Source of the DNA: Octopus vulgaris
Taxonomy: Eukaryota
Assembly (NCBI GenBank): GCA_951406725.2
Contig: OX597836.1
Location: 47,492,001-47,556,000, forward strand
Length of the DNA: 64,000 nucleotides
Direction: 5' to 3'
How positions within the stretch are numbered: the stretch's first letter is position 1; every line of letters begins with the position of its first letter. The notes under the pieces are model-generated. The model saw nothing but the letters and a program-made list of their open reading frames with translations. It searched no databases and was not told where the DNA came from. Position numbers and translations under genes: made by a program. Shown here piece by piece: positions 38,691-50,949 of the stretch.

Positions 38691-40018
38691 AAACTCAGTT
38701 AGGTTCTTTGTCAGCTGCACTTAGAATGGTTACTCTCTCAAGAGAGTTAAAATCAATGCCAACAAGTGCTTTATGTTGCACTTTTTGGGGGAGGTGAGAT
38801 GGATCTGGTGGCTGTGGGCCCCTGTAAGTGTACATTATTTAGTACCTGTTCATCAATAATCTACTGGCCAGGGGCTACAATGGACAGGTGACACACAGCA
38901 GCAGCAGTCAGCAATCAATTACATTGCTCCCACTACTTAATTGGTGTTTATTTTATTGGCCCCAGAAGAATTTAAGTCAGCTACAGCAGGAATAGAACTC
39001 AGAACCATGAAGGGTGGTAACTAAATACTGCAAAGGCATTTTGTTTGATGGTTCTACAAGCCATGACCTGCCAACACAGTTTCACATATTCTCTCTGTTG
39101 GTTTATATGAACAAAAAAGTCTACTGAAAGTCATTATATGAATGGGGACAATAAATTCATTGAATATTCCAACTTTTCAAAAAGCCCTTATCATGAAATT
39201 GCAATTTTTACAATTTCAGCAGCAAAATTAATAAATTCAAGTAAACACCCTGTAACATTCTCTCTTAAATGGTTATGAAAATTGATCTGTAAAAGAATGC
39301 TAATCTCAAATTTTGGCACAAGGCCAGCAATTTCAGAGGAGGGGCAAGTTGGTTACATCAACCCCTGAACTCAAATGGTAGTTATTTTGACTCCAAAAAG
39401 ATGAATGGCAAAGTCAACCCTGGTGGCATTTGAACTCAGAACATCAAGTCGGAAGAAATGCCACTAAGTAATGTGTCCAGCGTGATAACAATTCAGCCAA
39501 CTCACTGCTTAAAGAATATTGCTATCACTTAAGTACTGTCCAAAAACCAGACATGAAATTTCGACTAATCACCTTAATCCCAGTATTAAAACAGATACAC
39601 TTGTGTCCTGCATGTCATAAGTGGTGGCTAAAAGGGATGGCAACAGGAAAGGCATTTGGCTGTAAAACATTGCCTCAAAAACTCTATCCAGGTGAAGCTG
39701 GCAGAGAAAATCAGATATATGATGCTGATGCAGAATTCCACAGTGTATCTTTAGACTATGGTATTTAATTAAGGTACAAGCTATGTACCTTTTATTTTCA
39801 TTTTCATATTTAGATTTTAGAAGAATCTAAAGATTAACCAACACCTTTCAGGCTGAAGTTGACTTCTTTACAATTTACATTTATAGCCCTAGCAACAAGA
39901 GCTATTATTTCATGCATCTTCCCAATAAAACCATAACACTTCACTTTATATTAAAGTACAAACTATACAAGAAATAAAGATTCAGAAAATGTATAGAATG
40001 CAAAATATACATATATAT

Positions 40019-40623
40019 ATAGGAGAGGAAAAAATAATGAGGCAGAATGCTAAACTGAAAGTAAATTTTAATAAAAATGGGTGTATGAAAAATTAAAAAA
40101 AAAGAAATCAAACAGGCTTCCATTGCAAGGCAAATTTTCAAGATTTGGAAGGAAAATTTTTTTTTAAATTGAGAAAGGGTAAAAAAGAAATTTACAATGT
40201 TTTTTCAAAAAAATAATAAATACTTACAAAAATTAATAAATAAGTATACCAATACATTGTAGTGTCTTTATGCTTTTAGAGTTTTGTTTGAAAACACTAC
40301 ACCAAAACACATGCATCCTAATCCTCCAAAGAAGTTTTTCCATGGACTAATATTGAACTATAAAAGCATAAAGACACTACAACGTATTGGTATACTTATT
40401 TATTAATTTTTGTATATATTTATTATTTTTTTGAAAAAACATTGTAAATTTCTTTTTTTTCCCCTTCCTCAATTTAAAAAAAATTTTTTTCCCTTCCAAA
40501 TCTTGAAAATTTGCCTTGCTATGAAAGCCAATTTGATTTCTTTTTTTAATTTTTCCTAAACCCATTTTTATTAAAATTTACTTTCAGTTTAGCATTCTGC
40601 CTTATTATTTTTTCCTCTCCTAT
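40019..40623. repeat. Fold-back inverted repeat (about 265-bp arms, about 70-bp spacer)
   Basis: 40019-40283 is the reverse complement of about 40356-40623 with few mismatches. Confidence 0.9.
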
Positions 40624-41421
40624 CATTTCTCCACGTGTGGTTAACACAACCCCACCATTTACTGACTTATATAGATATATATATATAAACAAATTTTAGG
40701 CTAGTTCAACTAACCTAAACACTGCTTGGCACTAATATTACTGTTATATATATATATATATAGAGAGAGAGGGGGAAGTGGGGAGAGAGAGACAACAATG
40801 GAATAAACAATTATGAAGTTGTTGGTTGCAGAATATGACAATTTTATATTGCTTTTATTTCTTAGTTTATGATACCTGTGATTGGAGCGGAAGTGTTTTT
40901 GGAGTATTCTGAAAAATAAATTGGCTACTGATGTGGAGACGTAATGCTGAAGAAGGAGAAGAGGGAGGGTTAAACCAAATAGTTTTCCTTTTTCTGTTGT
41001 TATGTTTCTTATTTATTGTAGAAGCGGTGTTGTTTATATATGTTTTACTTTTACTTTGTATCTACTATTATTGAGAGCTTCATTATATGGAGTTATTATT
41101 TCACTAAATCTTTTTCATTGGAAGATAAATAAGAAAGTGTTAGAGATATGATCCTTACTAGGTTTTTAATAATGCTTTTGGAATAGTTGGATTGTCTGAA
41201 AAATTTTAACTTAACAGAGATTTTATAAAGCCAAGATGAACTCAAATGTACCACAGTCTACTAAAGGCTTAATTGACCAACATTGCCAAGTCACTATAGA
41301 TACTAAGTTTGTTAAAGAATCATAAATTTGTACTCTGCCAAAAGTATTGAGTAATCCTTCAGTTTAATGTAGAATTATTTTTATAACGTAGACACAGAAA
41401 TTTGTGTGTGTGTGTGTGTGT

Positions 41422-41820
41422 AGACCAAACGCCCAGTAAAACTGATGAAAGGGGTCTGGTTTCATCATGATAATGCTCCAGCACATAAGTACTTGGGTTC
41501 AATGGATGCTGTGCATGACCATGACTTTGAACTGGTTGATCACCCTCTCCATTCTCCTGATTTGATTTGGCACCTTCTGACTATCATCTGTTCTCCAACA
41601 TGAAAAACACCTGGCTAGGAACCAGTATCACAATGACGATAACATCACATCTGCTGTTGATGACATTTATTTACCAACAAGATGAAGGCTTTTTCGCCAA
41701 TGAGATTCAAACATTGCAACACCAACGGAAGAAGTGTGTGGACTGCAAGGGGGACTATGTTGGAAAATAAACCTCATTTGGTTACATTTCATGAGAGTAT
41801 TTTAGTCAACATATGAACAT
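41422..41820 (+). mobile_element. Mariner (irritans-like) transposase C-terminal remnant
   Basis: KGVWFHHDNAPAHK, LVDHPLHSPDL/APSDYHLFSNMK and KKCVDCKGDYVGK*. Confidence 0.85.
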
Positions 41821-41929
41821 GTGTGTGTGTGGTTTAAGAATAATTAGTTTAGTACTTTATAAAAGTATATAATAACCACTTAGATTAATGGAAAATTATT
41901 CTTATTATAGCATCAAAACAAACATTAAC

Positions 41930-41976
<47 letters not shown>

Positions 41977-43325
41977 GTATATTAGTGTGTGTGTGTGTGT
42001 TCTTACCACTTTATATCTATATATATGTGCATGTATGTGTGTGTGTTTATATCTATGAATATGCATGTTTAAGATATAAAGCAGGTACAATATTTGGATT
42101 GGATATAGCCACATTAAAAGCTAAAGGTTAAAAAGATACCACAGGCCACCCTGACTGATGCTTTTATTATTCCACCAATAAACCACCCAACATTGGTACT
42201 TTTTTTCTATCAAATCCCCAAAAGGAATGAACAGTAATGTTGATCTTAGTGAGATTTGAACTCAGAGCATTTAAGAGACAAAACAAATACTGCAAAACAT
42301 TCTATCTAATGCTCTAATGACTGAATTCAATAGCTTCTATATCTGACAATACATAGAGCATACACAATAACAAGCTATTAACCCAAACAGCTGACCAGAA
42401 GTAGAACAAAAATGAATATTTAATCCTTTTGATAAGAGTTCAAATGAATTGACACATTTCAAATTAAAATACTTCCATCATAATTTTTTGTAAAAAAATA
42501 TTTTTTTAAAGTTATGCTTCAAACACTGACTTAAATGTAAATTTTACTTAGTTTATTAAATCCATCCAACCAAATTCTTGGTTATTTTCACAACTAATTG
42601 AAAGACATAGGAGGCATATTTCATTACAAAGTCTTAAACTCAATTTTCTTATTATAATACATGTGGAACAGCCATCTCAGTGTATATTTGAAACTTTGAA
42701 TGAAATCCCTACACTGGGAAATAAGATATATCTTCTCATAAAAAAAGGGAAAAAAAGTAGTGGGAATCTTGGGAGCTCTTTTAGGCAAGAACACAAAAGA
42801 CAGACGCATTCAATGGTAAACCATTTGTCATCTACAAAAATACCATTGTGTACTTTGTTTTAGACCAAGAGAGAAATATGATGAAAACTAAGATAAATAT
42901 CAAACAAAATATAAAGGAATTTTGAGAATCCAATCAGAATGTGAACAAGAATAAGCTACATAAATGATGAGATAGTTAACAGCTGTGGGAATTCCAAAAT
43001 TGATATCTTAATTACTTACTTTCGGAGTGAGTGATGACAAATATGAGAGCAGATGACAATTATGAAATTTATACCAAAACAGAAAACCATATTTCATAAT
43101 GCTATGCCAGCATTAAAAAAAGAAATACAAAAGAAAAAAAAAAATGGAGATTAAATAATGATGATATTTATATGAGTAAGGAATAGTTTCCATTAATCTG
43201 ATGGGATGCTGATTAAAATGATACAGCTCCACATTCTAATGACAGAAACAGGAGATTGAATGAAAAACTGGACAATTCCCAGCTGATAATCTGCCTGTGT
43301 ATCTCAGGCAACATGGTTACCGTAT

Positions 43326-43523
43326 AGTATAGTAAGACAGCAAGATAATACTGTCAGTTGGAGAGATTAGCAAGGGAAAGGAGGAGGAGGATGAAGTACT
43401 GTAACCAAATAAGGTAAGAGAAACTAAAAGCATCTCTTAATTTATTCAGTTACAGTATTTCACCCTCCTCCTCCTTTACCTCTCTTACTAACCTCTCTTC
43501 CTACACTGTTGTTTTTCTATACT
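43326..43523. repeat. Imperfect palindrome of about 200 bp
   Basis: aaaggaggaggagg.tgaagtactgtaac versus gttacagtatttcaccctcctcctccttt, with a short central loop. Confidence 0.75.
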
Positions 43524-43770
43524 AATTCTCATCTGAATTCTAACATATTTGGAAAGTAAGTATTAAATAAAGGAAGGATATTCTTACCCAGAAAATCCAC
43601 TCAGCCCATCCATAATATTTGCTCCAACATCTCTGCAAAGAAAGATAAAAAGTGATCAAGTCAGTCGTGCTTGTCAGCCTCCAGCTAATTATACCAAGAA
43701 CACTGTGCATTAATACAACTGTCCAGTACGGCCATACTGTTGAGGACAATTACATTAATACATAGAGTAT

Positions 43771-44003
43771 TTGTTTCTTTATTACCCACAAGGAGCTAAA
43801 CACAGAGGGGACAAACAAGGACGGACAAACAGATTAAGTCGATTATATTGACCCCAGTGCATAACTGGTACTTAATTTATTGACCCCGAAAGGATGAAAG
43901 GCAAAGTCGACCTCGGCAGAATTTGAACTCAAAACGTAACGGCAGACGAAATATGGCGACGCATTTTGCCCGGCATGCTAACGATTCTGCCAGCTCACCG
44001 CCT
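43771..44003 (-). mobile_element. SINE family C
   Basis: Near-identical to 2232-2463. Further diverged copies lie at about 18744-18950, 34895-35830 (several), 39308-39508, 51995-52130 and 55362-55480. Confidence 0.8.
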
Positions 44004-44099
44004 TCTACTAGAGTATTAATATACTGGTGATGATGAGGATTGTGATGGTAGTGATGATGACTAATGATGATTAAAAACTTACTGGGAAGTGGGTTGTTG

Positions 44100-44481
44100 G
44101 CACTCCGTCACTTACAACAACGAGGGTTCCGGTTGATCCGGTCAACGGAACAGCCTGCTCGTGAAATTAACATGCAAGTGGCAGAGCACCCCACAGACAT
44201 GTGTACCCTTAACATAGTTCTCGGGAAGAATCAGTGTGACACAGAGAGTGACAAGGCCGGCCCCCCTTCAAGTACAAGTACAACAGAAACAGGAAGAAAG
44301 AGTGAGCGAAAGTTGTGGTGAAAGAGTACAGCAGGGTCTGCCACCAACCCCTGCCAGAGCCTCATGGAGCTTTTAGATGTTTTGGCTCAATAAACACTCA
44401 CAACGCCCGGTCTGGGAATCGAAACCATGATCCTATGACCGCGAGTCCGTTGCCCTAACCATTTGGCCATTGCACCTCCAC
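44100..44481 (-). mobile_element. SINE family B
   Basis: Full-length similarity to the other copies. Confidence 0.85.
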
Positions 44482-45023
44482 ACTGGGCAGTAGGTACTGA
44501 TGGAAAATAACGGAGAGTACAAATTTCTGAAATGCAAGTTTTAGGAGAGTTAACTTACAAAATAATGGGAGGGTCCATCATCATCATCGTTTAACGCCCA
44601 TTTTCCATGCTAGCATGGGTTGGATGGTTCGACCGGGCTCTGGGGAGCCAGGAGGCTGCAGCAGGCTCCAGTCTGATCTGGCAGTGTTTCTACAGTTGGA
44701 TGCCCTTCCTAATGCCAACAACTCTGTGAGTGTAGTGGGTGCTTTTTACGTGCCACTTGCACAGGTACCAGGGGAGGTTGGCAATGGCCACGATCAGTTG
44801 GTGCTTTTTACATGCCACCTGGCACGTGCCACCAGCACGGTTGTAAGTAAATAATCAGCCTTAGAGTATCAGGATGTTAAGGAGTATAAGGATGGATGAT
44901 GACAAGTATGAAAATGAATGAGGATTATGAAAGCAAGTAATGAATATGATGGTGGTTGATGAGAATCAGGGTGGGTGACAAATACCAGAGAGACGGATGA
45001 ATATCAAGGCAGATTAAACTTAC

Positions 45024-45249
45024 TTTAAACCTTGTCCCATATCCCGCAAGACTTCTTTAGCTTGTTTGTGACTCGAAACCCCATACGTTTCAACATCATT
45101 CAACTTTCTCTGATAGTTTTCTAGTTTTTTCTGAAGCTGAGCAATAGAATGAGTGGATTTCTGATTTTTCTTTTCAAAAACAGTTTTTATCCGTAAGATT
45201 TGTTGTTTGTCTGCACCAGAGGCTAACCGTAAATATTCATTCACATTAG
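45024..45249 (-). CDS. TMCC: TMCC-family coding exon (226 nt, phase 1 to 2), conserved coiled-coil core
   Basis: ttttttttcttgcag acceptor and TTA AA|gtaagt donor. [50 protein letters not shown]...[11 protein letters not shown] is the TMCC1/2/3 signature. Phase matches the upstream exon. Confidence 0.95.
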
Positions 45250-45449
45250 CTGCAAGAAAAAAAAAATATTTAGAATGACAAACATGCATAACAATATTGT
45301 GTAGGTGGGATAAAATGCCAAATGTTTCCTCTTGAAGCACATCTGCTTATTCCATGATTAGAATCCAGTATGCAGTTGGTGGTGGTGTGTTGTTGTATAG
45401 ATACAAAGTACATATTAGAGTTGAAAATTCCTAACAATGTATGTGTGTG

Positions 45450-45762
45450 TGTATTTTTACTGCTTTGTTCTCACTGTCCTGTTTTTGTTATCACTTTCAC
45501 TCTCTGCAAAAAATCCCAAATTTTATTTGCTTTGCTTTGCGGGAAGGACTGTTTCAACGAAGTCGCGTCTTGTCCTTGCCTTCGAAACGTGGAGTAGATG
45601 AAAAAGGGACAACTGAAGAAGGGGAAAATTCTGTATGTTGTATGTCTCATTTCTCTGTTTGTTTTTTTCATTGTTCGAAAAAAGTTCATTTCTGTTTTTG
45701 TTTTTATGTTTTCATTTCTCATTGTGTTCAACATTTTTTTATGTCCTGTACCCATATATGCA
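45450..45762 (+). mobile_element. Small non-autonomous repeat carrying the permuted hammerhead, copy 2
   Basis: Same conserved blocks as the 15 kb copy, bounded by TG/TA microsatellites. Confidence 0.6.
45563..45624 (+). ncRNA. Non-circularly permuted hammerhead-like motif, copy 2
   Basis: TCGCGTC^TTGTCCTT-GC-CTTC-GAAACGTGG...AGGGACAA-CTGAAGA-A-GGGG. Stem I is 8 bp, stem III 6 bp and stem II 4 bp (including G-U pairs). Confidence 0.65.
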
Positions 45763-46240
45763 TGTATATATACATATATATGTAGGTATGTACATATATG
45801 TATGTATATATGCATATATTTATACATATGCACATGTGCATGTGTGTGTTGTGAATGTGTACAAACAAAAAAATAGCATTCTACACATTAGGTAAGAGTT
45901 ACATATCTAATAACAGTTTGATTTGCTTCCATGCAACATAAAAATTTGTAAGCTTGTAAAATGAACTTAACTCATCAGGCTTGTAGAACTGAATGGAGAG
46001 GAGTCCAATAGGACTCCTGTGTACTGGGCTGCTATTGGCCAGTGCAAGTCACATGGTGTTATAAATTTGGCAGACACGTCAGTTACCATTCAGGATTCCT
46101 AGGAGTGCATGCGAGGACAGGATGCTGGTAGCAACACATTGTCTTGGGAAAGAGGAACAGTTTACAAGCAAGTGTTCATTGATGTATGTATGTGTGTGTG
46201 TACCTACTTGACATGACATATACACACAGACAAACACAAT

Positions 46241-46273
<33 letters not shown>

Positions 46274-46559
46274 CATATATATATGAAAAGAAACTGGACA
46301 ATCTACATGGATGTGTTTGTGGGCTGTATAGGTGGTGGTGGGGTGTAAAGTACCTTGTCTTTGTGCATGGGGTAGCCAAGCCTGGGGTAATATACCTGGA
46401 TTATTGGAGGTTGGTAGCTTGAAGTTCACTAGTAGAGTATACCTCTGGTGGCAACAATAAGATAGTTCATTCTTCCTGGTGTCTAAATCTTTGTTCTTGT
46501 GACTACCTTACAACTAAGAAAATAGGGTTAAGCCTACAAACACTAAATCAGGTAATAAT

Positions 46560-47280
46560 CATAGTCACAGTACATCATTTACTGGTAATGGAAACACTAA
46601 TTCTAAATTTCATCCACTTACTCACAATGAGGTGGAATATTTTGTGGTTTAACCACCTTTTTGTATCTCAGGTGGCCATGGACATCCCTACAGTATTTTC
46701 CTCAGTATTGGAGAAACATTTTTCTCCTTCCAGTAGTCATTTTAAGTTATTCAATAGGCACACAATCAAATCTTCATATTCCACCATACCTACTTTAGCC
46801 AATAGTATACAGCTACTGTTAAGAAATTAAGCAATTCTAGAAATTATATAAATCATTCTAATTATATTAGCAATTTGCCTATCTCTAGCTCCTCTATTAA
46901 TAATGTAACAGAATTTAGCATGAACATTACTATTGATTCTGTGCTTCTTTCTGACAATAGTTCTATATACTCAATAAGGTTTACAACAATATGATACAAT
47001 GCCATCAACATTTAAGTTAAGCTGGAGTAACAATGTACATTATTTTAATAACAGGTACAAATTGCATGAAACTTTGTTAGCAAAAATTGTTTGGGGCTTG
47101 AAGGACAGAAATATTGATTATTCTATTTTGTGATCAATTATACAGACAACACTTCCATATAAAAAGCGGTGGGAGCAGTTGCAATTTATGTTGCGTAGAG
47201 AAACTTGAAATTCTAAGATATAAATCTGGATTAATTAACGAGCATGAGTTGTTAATCTGTTGCCTACATCATATTATTAA
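46560..47280 (+). mobile_element. PLE thumb/GIY-YIG remnant of the WFNPP type (possibly Naiad clade)
   Basis: ILWFN..F...LEKHF...FKLFNRHTIKSSYS and GSSCNLCCVEKLEIL...LIN..E...C.H. Confidence 0.7.
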
Positions 47281-48699
47281 AAAGGTTTTGAGGATTTCAT
47301 TTACCTCTCTTGTAAAATGATATTACAGAATTACAGGAGCATTTTGATTGTACTTCATTTCTCACTGATACAATCATTCTTCTCTGATTTCTTTCCATAA
47401 TTATTGTCCTATAATCACTTTATTCTTTATAATGGTCTTAACTACTCACTGGAATTCTATTCATTTATTATCTCATTCCTAACTATCTTATAATTTTTCC
47501 CTGCAATTTTTCCTTTCCCTGTATAACCATTTACTGGTTCCATTTAATTTAATAACATTTTTAATCACTAAAATTTTTATTTTCATTATTTTATATCTTT
47601 ATATTATTGTATTATGATATTTTAACTACAATTTGGTTTGCAGCTCTATTCTAATGTGAACTTAATCATCCCACTTAATTTTATATTGTTAATTATATTT
47701 TCCTATCCTTCGTGATCCTCTTCTTGAATTTCCTTCTATCTCCCTTCTTTCTTCCTATTTCCTATTTTCTTGTTTCCTAATCAACTTAGTTCCTTTGATG
47801 TTAATCTTGACATACCCATCCCATGTAACTAATGACATCCTCTTTGCTTCATATATATTTTTGCTCCCCTTCGTTATTAGGCCTGGTGCTACAATTGATA
47901 TATCAAATAGCAAACAAAGCTGTTTGTCCTTTGAACAATTAACTCTGTACATTTCTATAAGCATGTCAAAAGGATTAATTGCTTGCTGTGACACTCTGTT
48001 TTTTATAAGAGTATTTGTCCTGATGCATGAGTACTGCATCTTTCATAAGGTCATGATATAAAATGGCAGAACCTGGTTACATTTAATATCACATGAAATT
48101 ACACCATCATTGTTTATCTTGATCCCAGCACACTAGTTGATTTATCTAACCCATCTGGTACAAAAACAAGTAACTGAGTAATAAATGCAATACTAATATC
48201 TTCATTCTTTTATTCATTTCGTGGTACGTTCTGTAGTTTATGTAAATCTGGATTTTCCATTTATGTGGATAACTTAGTTTTAATGAATTGTTTTCACTTT
48301 CATACAGTTTTGTTAGCCAGGATTCGCATGAGTACTGACTGATAAGATTGTCTGAATTTCACACATGTCCTGCACATAGTGTGTGTGTGTGTGTGTGTGT
48401 GCGCATGTATGGAAGCATGGTTGCAAGGTTAAGAAATTTGCTTTCCAGCAATATGGCTTCTGGTCCAGTCTCACTGTGTGGCACTTTGGGCATCTGTCTT
48501 CTCCTAAAGCCCCAAATCAACCAGAACCTTGTATGATTCTTTTCGGTTTTCCATGAAAACATGGGAAAATATTACCTTGTTTGGAAATGGTTGTAGGATG
48601 GTGAAAGGAAGGACATCTCATCACTAAAAATCTGCCTCGATGAATTCCATCTGATCCATGCAAGCATGGTAAAGGTGATGCTAAACTAATGATGAAATA

Positions 48700-50280
48700 T
48701 CAATGAAATACCAAATATAATGTACATTAGCTTTTTGAAATATAGGACAAACCCATATTTACAGGGGAAAAATGGAGACTTTATTGACAATACAACACAC
48801 TGCAAACATTACAGAAACTCTGAATACAACTACTATGATATCAGTAAGAGCAAAACACTCCAAAGCAGAGTATGTATTAGATGAATGGAATGAAATTCAT
48901 TAGGAGAAGAAAGTATACAAAGGAGGAACCAGATGAAGATGTGGAATAGATTACTAAATCAAAGAAAACAAACTTACTAGAAGGAACTTAGAAATAAAAG
49001 TCTAGCAGATATAAATGAAAAATGGGAAAATTGTGAGCAAGTTATTTGTTCACGTAAATTGTGTGTCAGGGATATAAGATCAGAATTATATGAGGAAACT
49101 GAACTCTGAGTAAACCTCACACTTAAAAAATTTGAAGCAAAAATAACCCTACAGCTGTTTCGAGTACACAAATTTAAAAAACGTGATGCCACAATGCAGA
49201 GAGAAACAGCAAATAAACAAATGGAAAGCTCCAAGAAAACTATTAGATTTGTGGAAAATTGATGTGCAAAGGGAAGAAACAAAATCAAATCAAATACTAG
49301 AATCAAAAAATCTGTAGTTACAGGAATATGAAACCAATAATGGAAGAGAATTAGTGATGACTAAAAATAAAGCATGAAACAAAATCTTAGAAATGCACAA
49401 CTTGATAACAATGGAAGAAACCAAAACTCCTTCTGTAATAATTTACAAATCATATAAAGAAAGAATCAAAGGATGACAACCCATAACCCTCATAGGCAAA
49501 AGTAAGAAGAAAATGAACAGGTATTTGATAAGACATGCAAAAATGAACTTGACTAAGATAAAATACTTACAAACAGTAACAAAGGAAGAACAGACGAAAA
49601 TAAACTGTCAGACCAAGGAAAATGGTATAAATCTACTAAAAACAAGCAAACATTCCAAGGAAGATGGTATAATGAGAATACCAGATACATCAACAATTGG
49701 AAACCCTTCTCCCCAACCAAAAAAAAAAAAAAGATAGGGTACAAATAACTTACAAAAAGAAAATCTTTTGTAGGGAGCAGGCATTCCAAAAAATAACAAA
49801 AGGAAACACAAACAACACAAAGAAATATTGATTCAATAGTGATAAATTTATCTCAATGAAACCTGATGAAAAACGAATATGGACTTAAATTCACACCAAC
49901 TTCTAAAAGAAGACTTAAGAAGATCTATCAATCACAAAAACAGGATTTAAATGTCAGATGAACAGGAATAAACACATAGGAATACATAACATGTCTGAAA
50001 AGATCAGCAAGCTCAAATTATTTCAGCAAATTATATAAAATCAAAGTCAACCATTTTCAAATGAAGAGCAAAAAAAAAAAACAGATTGTCAACTGAAAGA
50101 TTCTTCTATAATTGTTAAAGAAAGAGGAGCCATTGTAATAATGGACAAAACCCATTACAGTGAAATAGTCTTAAAACAATTAAATGATAAACATTTTTAC
50201 AAAAAAAAAAATTAGCAACCAATGCAGATATACAATGAACAAAATTAGTAAATGACTGGACAAATTAAAAACAATTTAAT
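48700..50280 (+). mobile_element. Second copy of the same PLE family (N-terminus to RT start)
   Basis: 49840-50270 aligns by eye with 4265-5125 lacking the Helitron. Many stops. Confidence 0.75.
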
Positions 50281-50559
50281 AGTTTTATTAGGTTGGGGAT
50301 AGTCCCATGTCCATACTTAGCCAGTTTTCTTGGTGGATATGGTGAACCTCCAAAATTGCCTCATGCTCATTATCAGGTAAGACAGCCACCACTCACCACT
50401 GGATATTTAATTATAATGGCTCATCCATCCAACTCACACAACTCATTTGTCCGTATATGACAGGATGAAAACGACTTCATTTTTAATTGGGGAATGCTTC
50501 CTCACTTTGAACTCAGACCCAAACCTGTTATCACTTGTTTTAAATTTTTTGTATTATGT

Positions 50560-50751
50560 TCTTTTATTCTTCTACTTATTTCAGTCATTTGACGGGAGCC
50601 ATACTGAAGTACCACCTCAAAGGATTTTAGTCAAACAAATCAACTGCAGGACTTTTTTTTTTAAAGCCTAGTACTTATTCTATCAGTCTCTTTATGGGGA
50701 TATAGACACACCAATACCAGCTATCAAGCAGTGATGGGGAGGTACAAACAG

Positions 50752-50788
<37 letters not shown>

Positions 50789-50949
50789 ACAGGCTTCTTT
50801 CAGTTTCTGTCTATCAAATCCACTCGCAAGGCTTTGGTTGGCCCAAGGCTAAAGTAGAAGACACTTGCCCAAGGTGCCACACTGTGGGACTGAACCCGGA
50901 ACCATGTGATAGGAAAGCAAGCTTCTTACCACACAGCCACGCCTGCACC
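50560..50949 (-). mobile_element. SINE family A, diverged
   Basis: Head well conserved, tail diverged. Confidence 0.8.
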
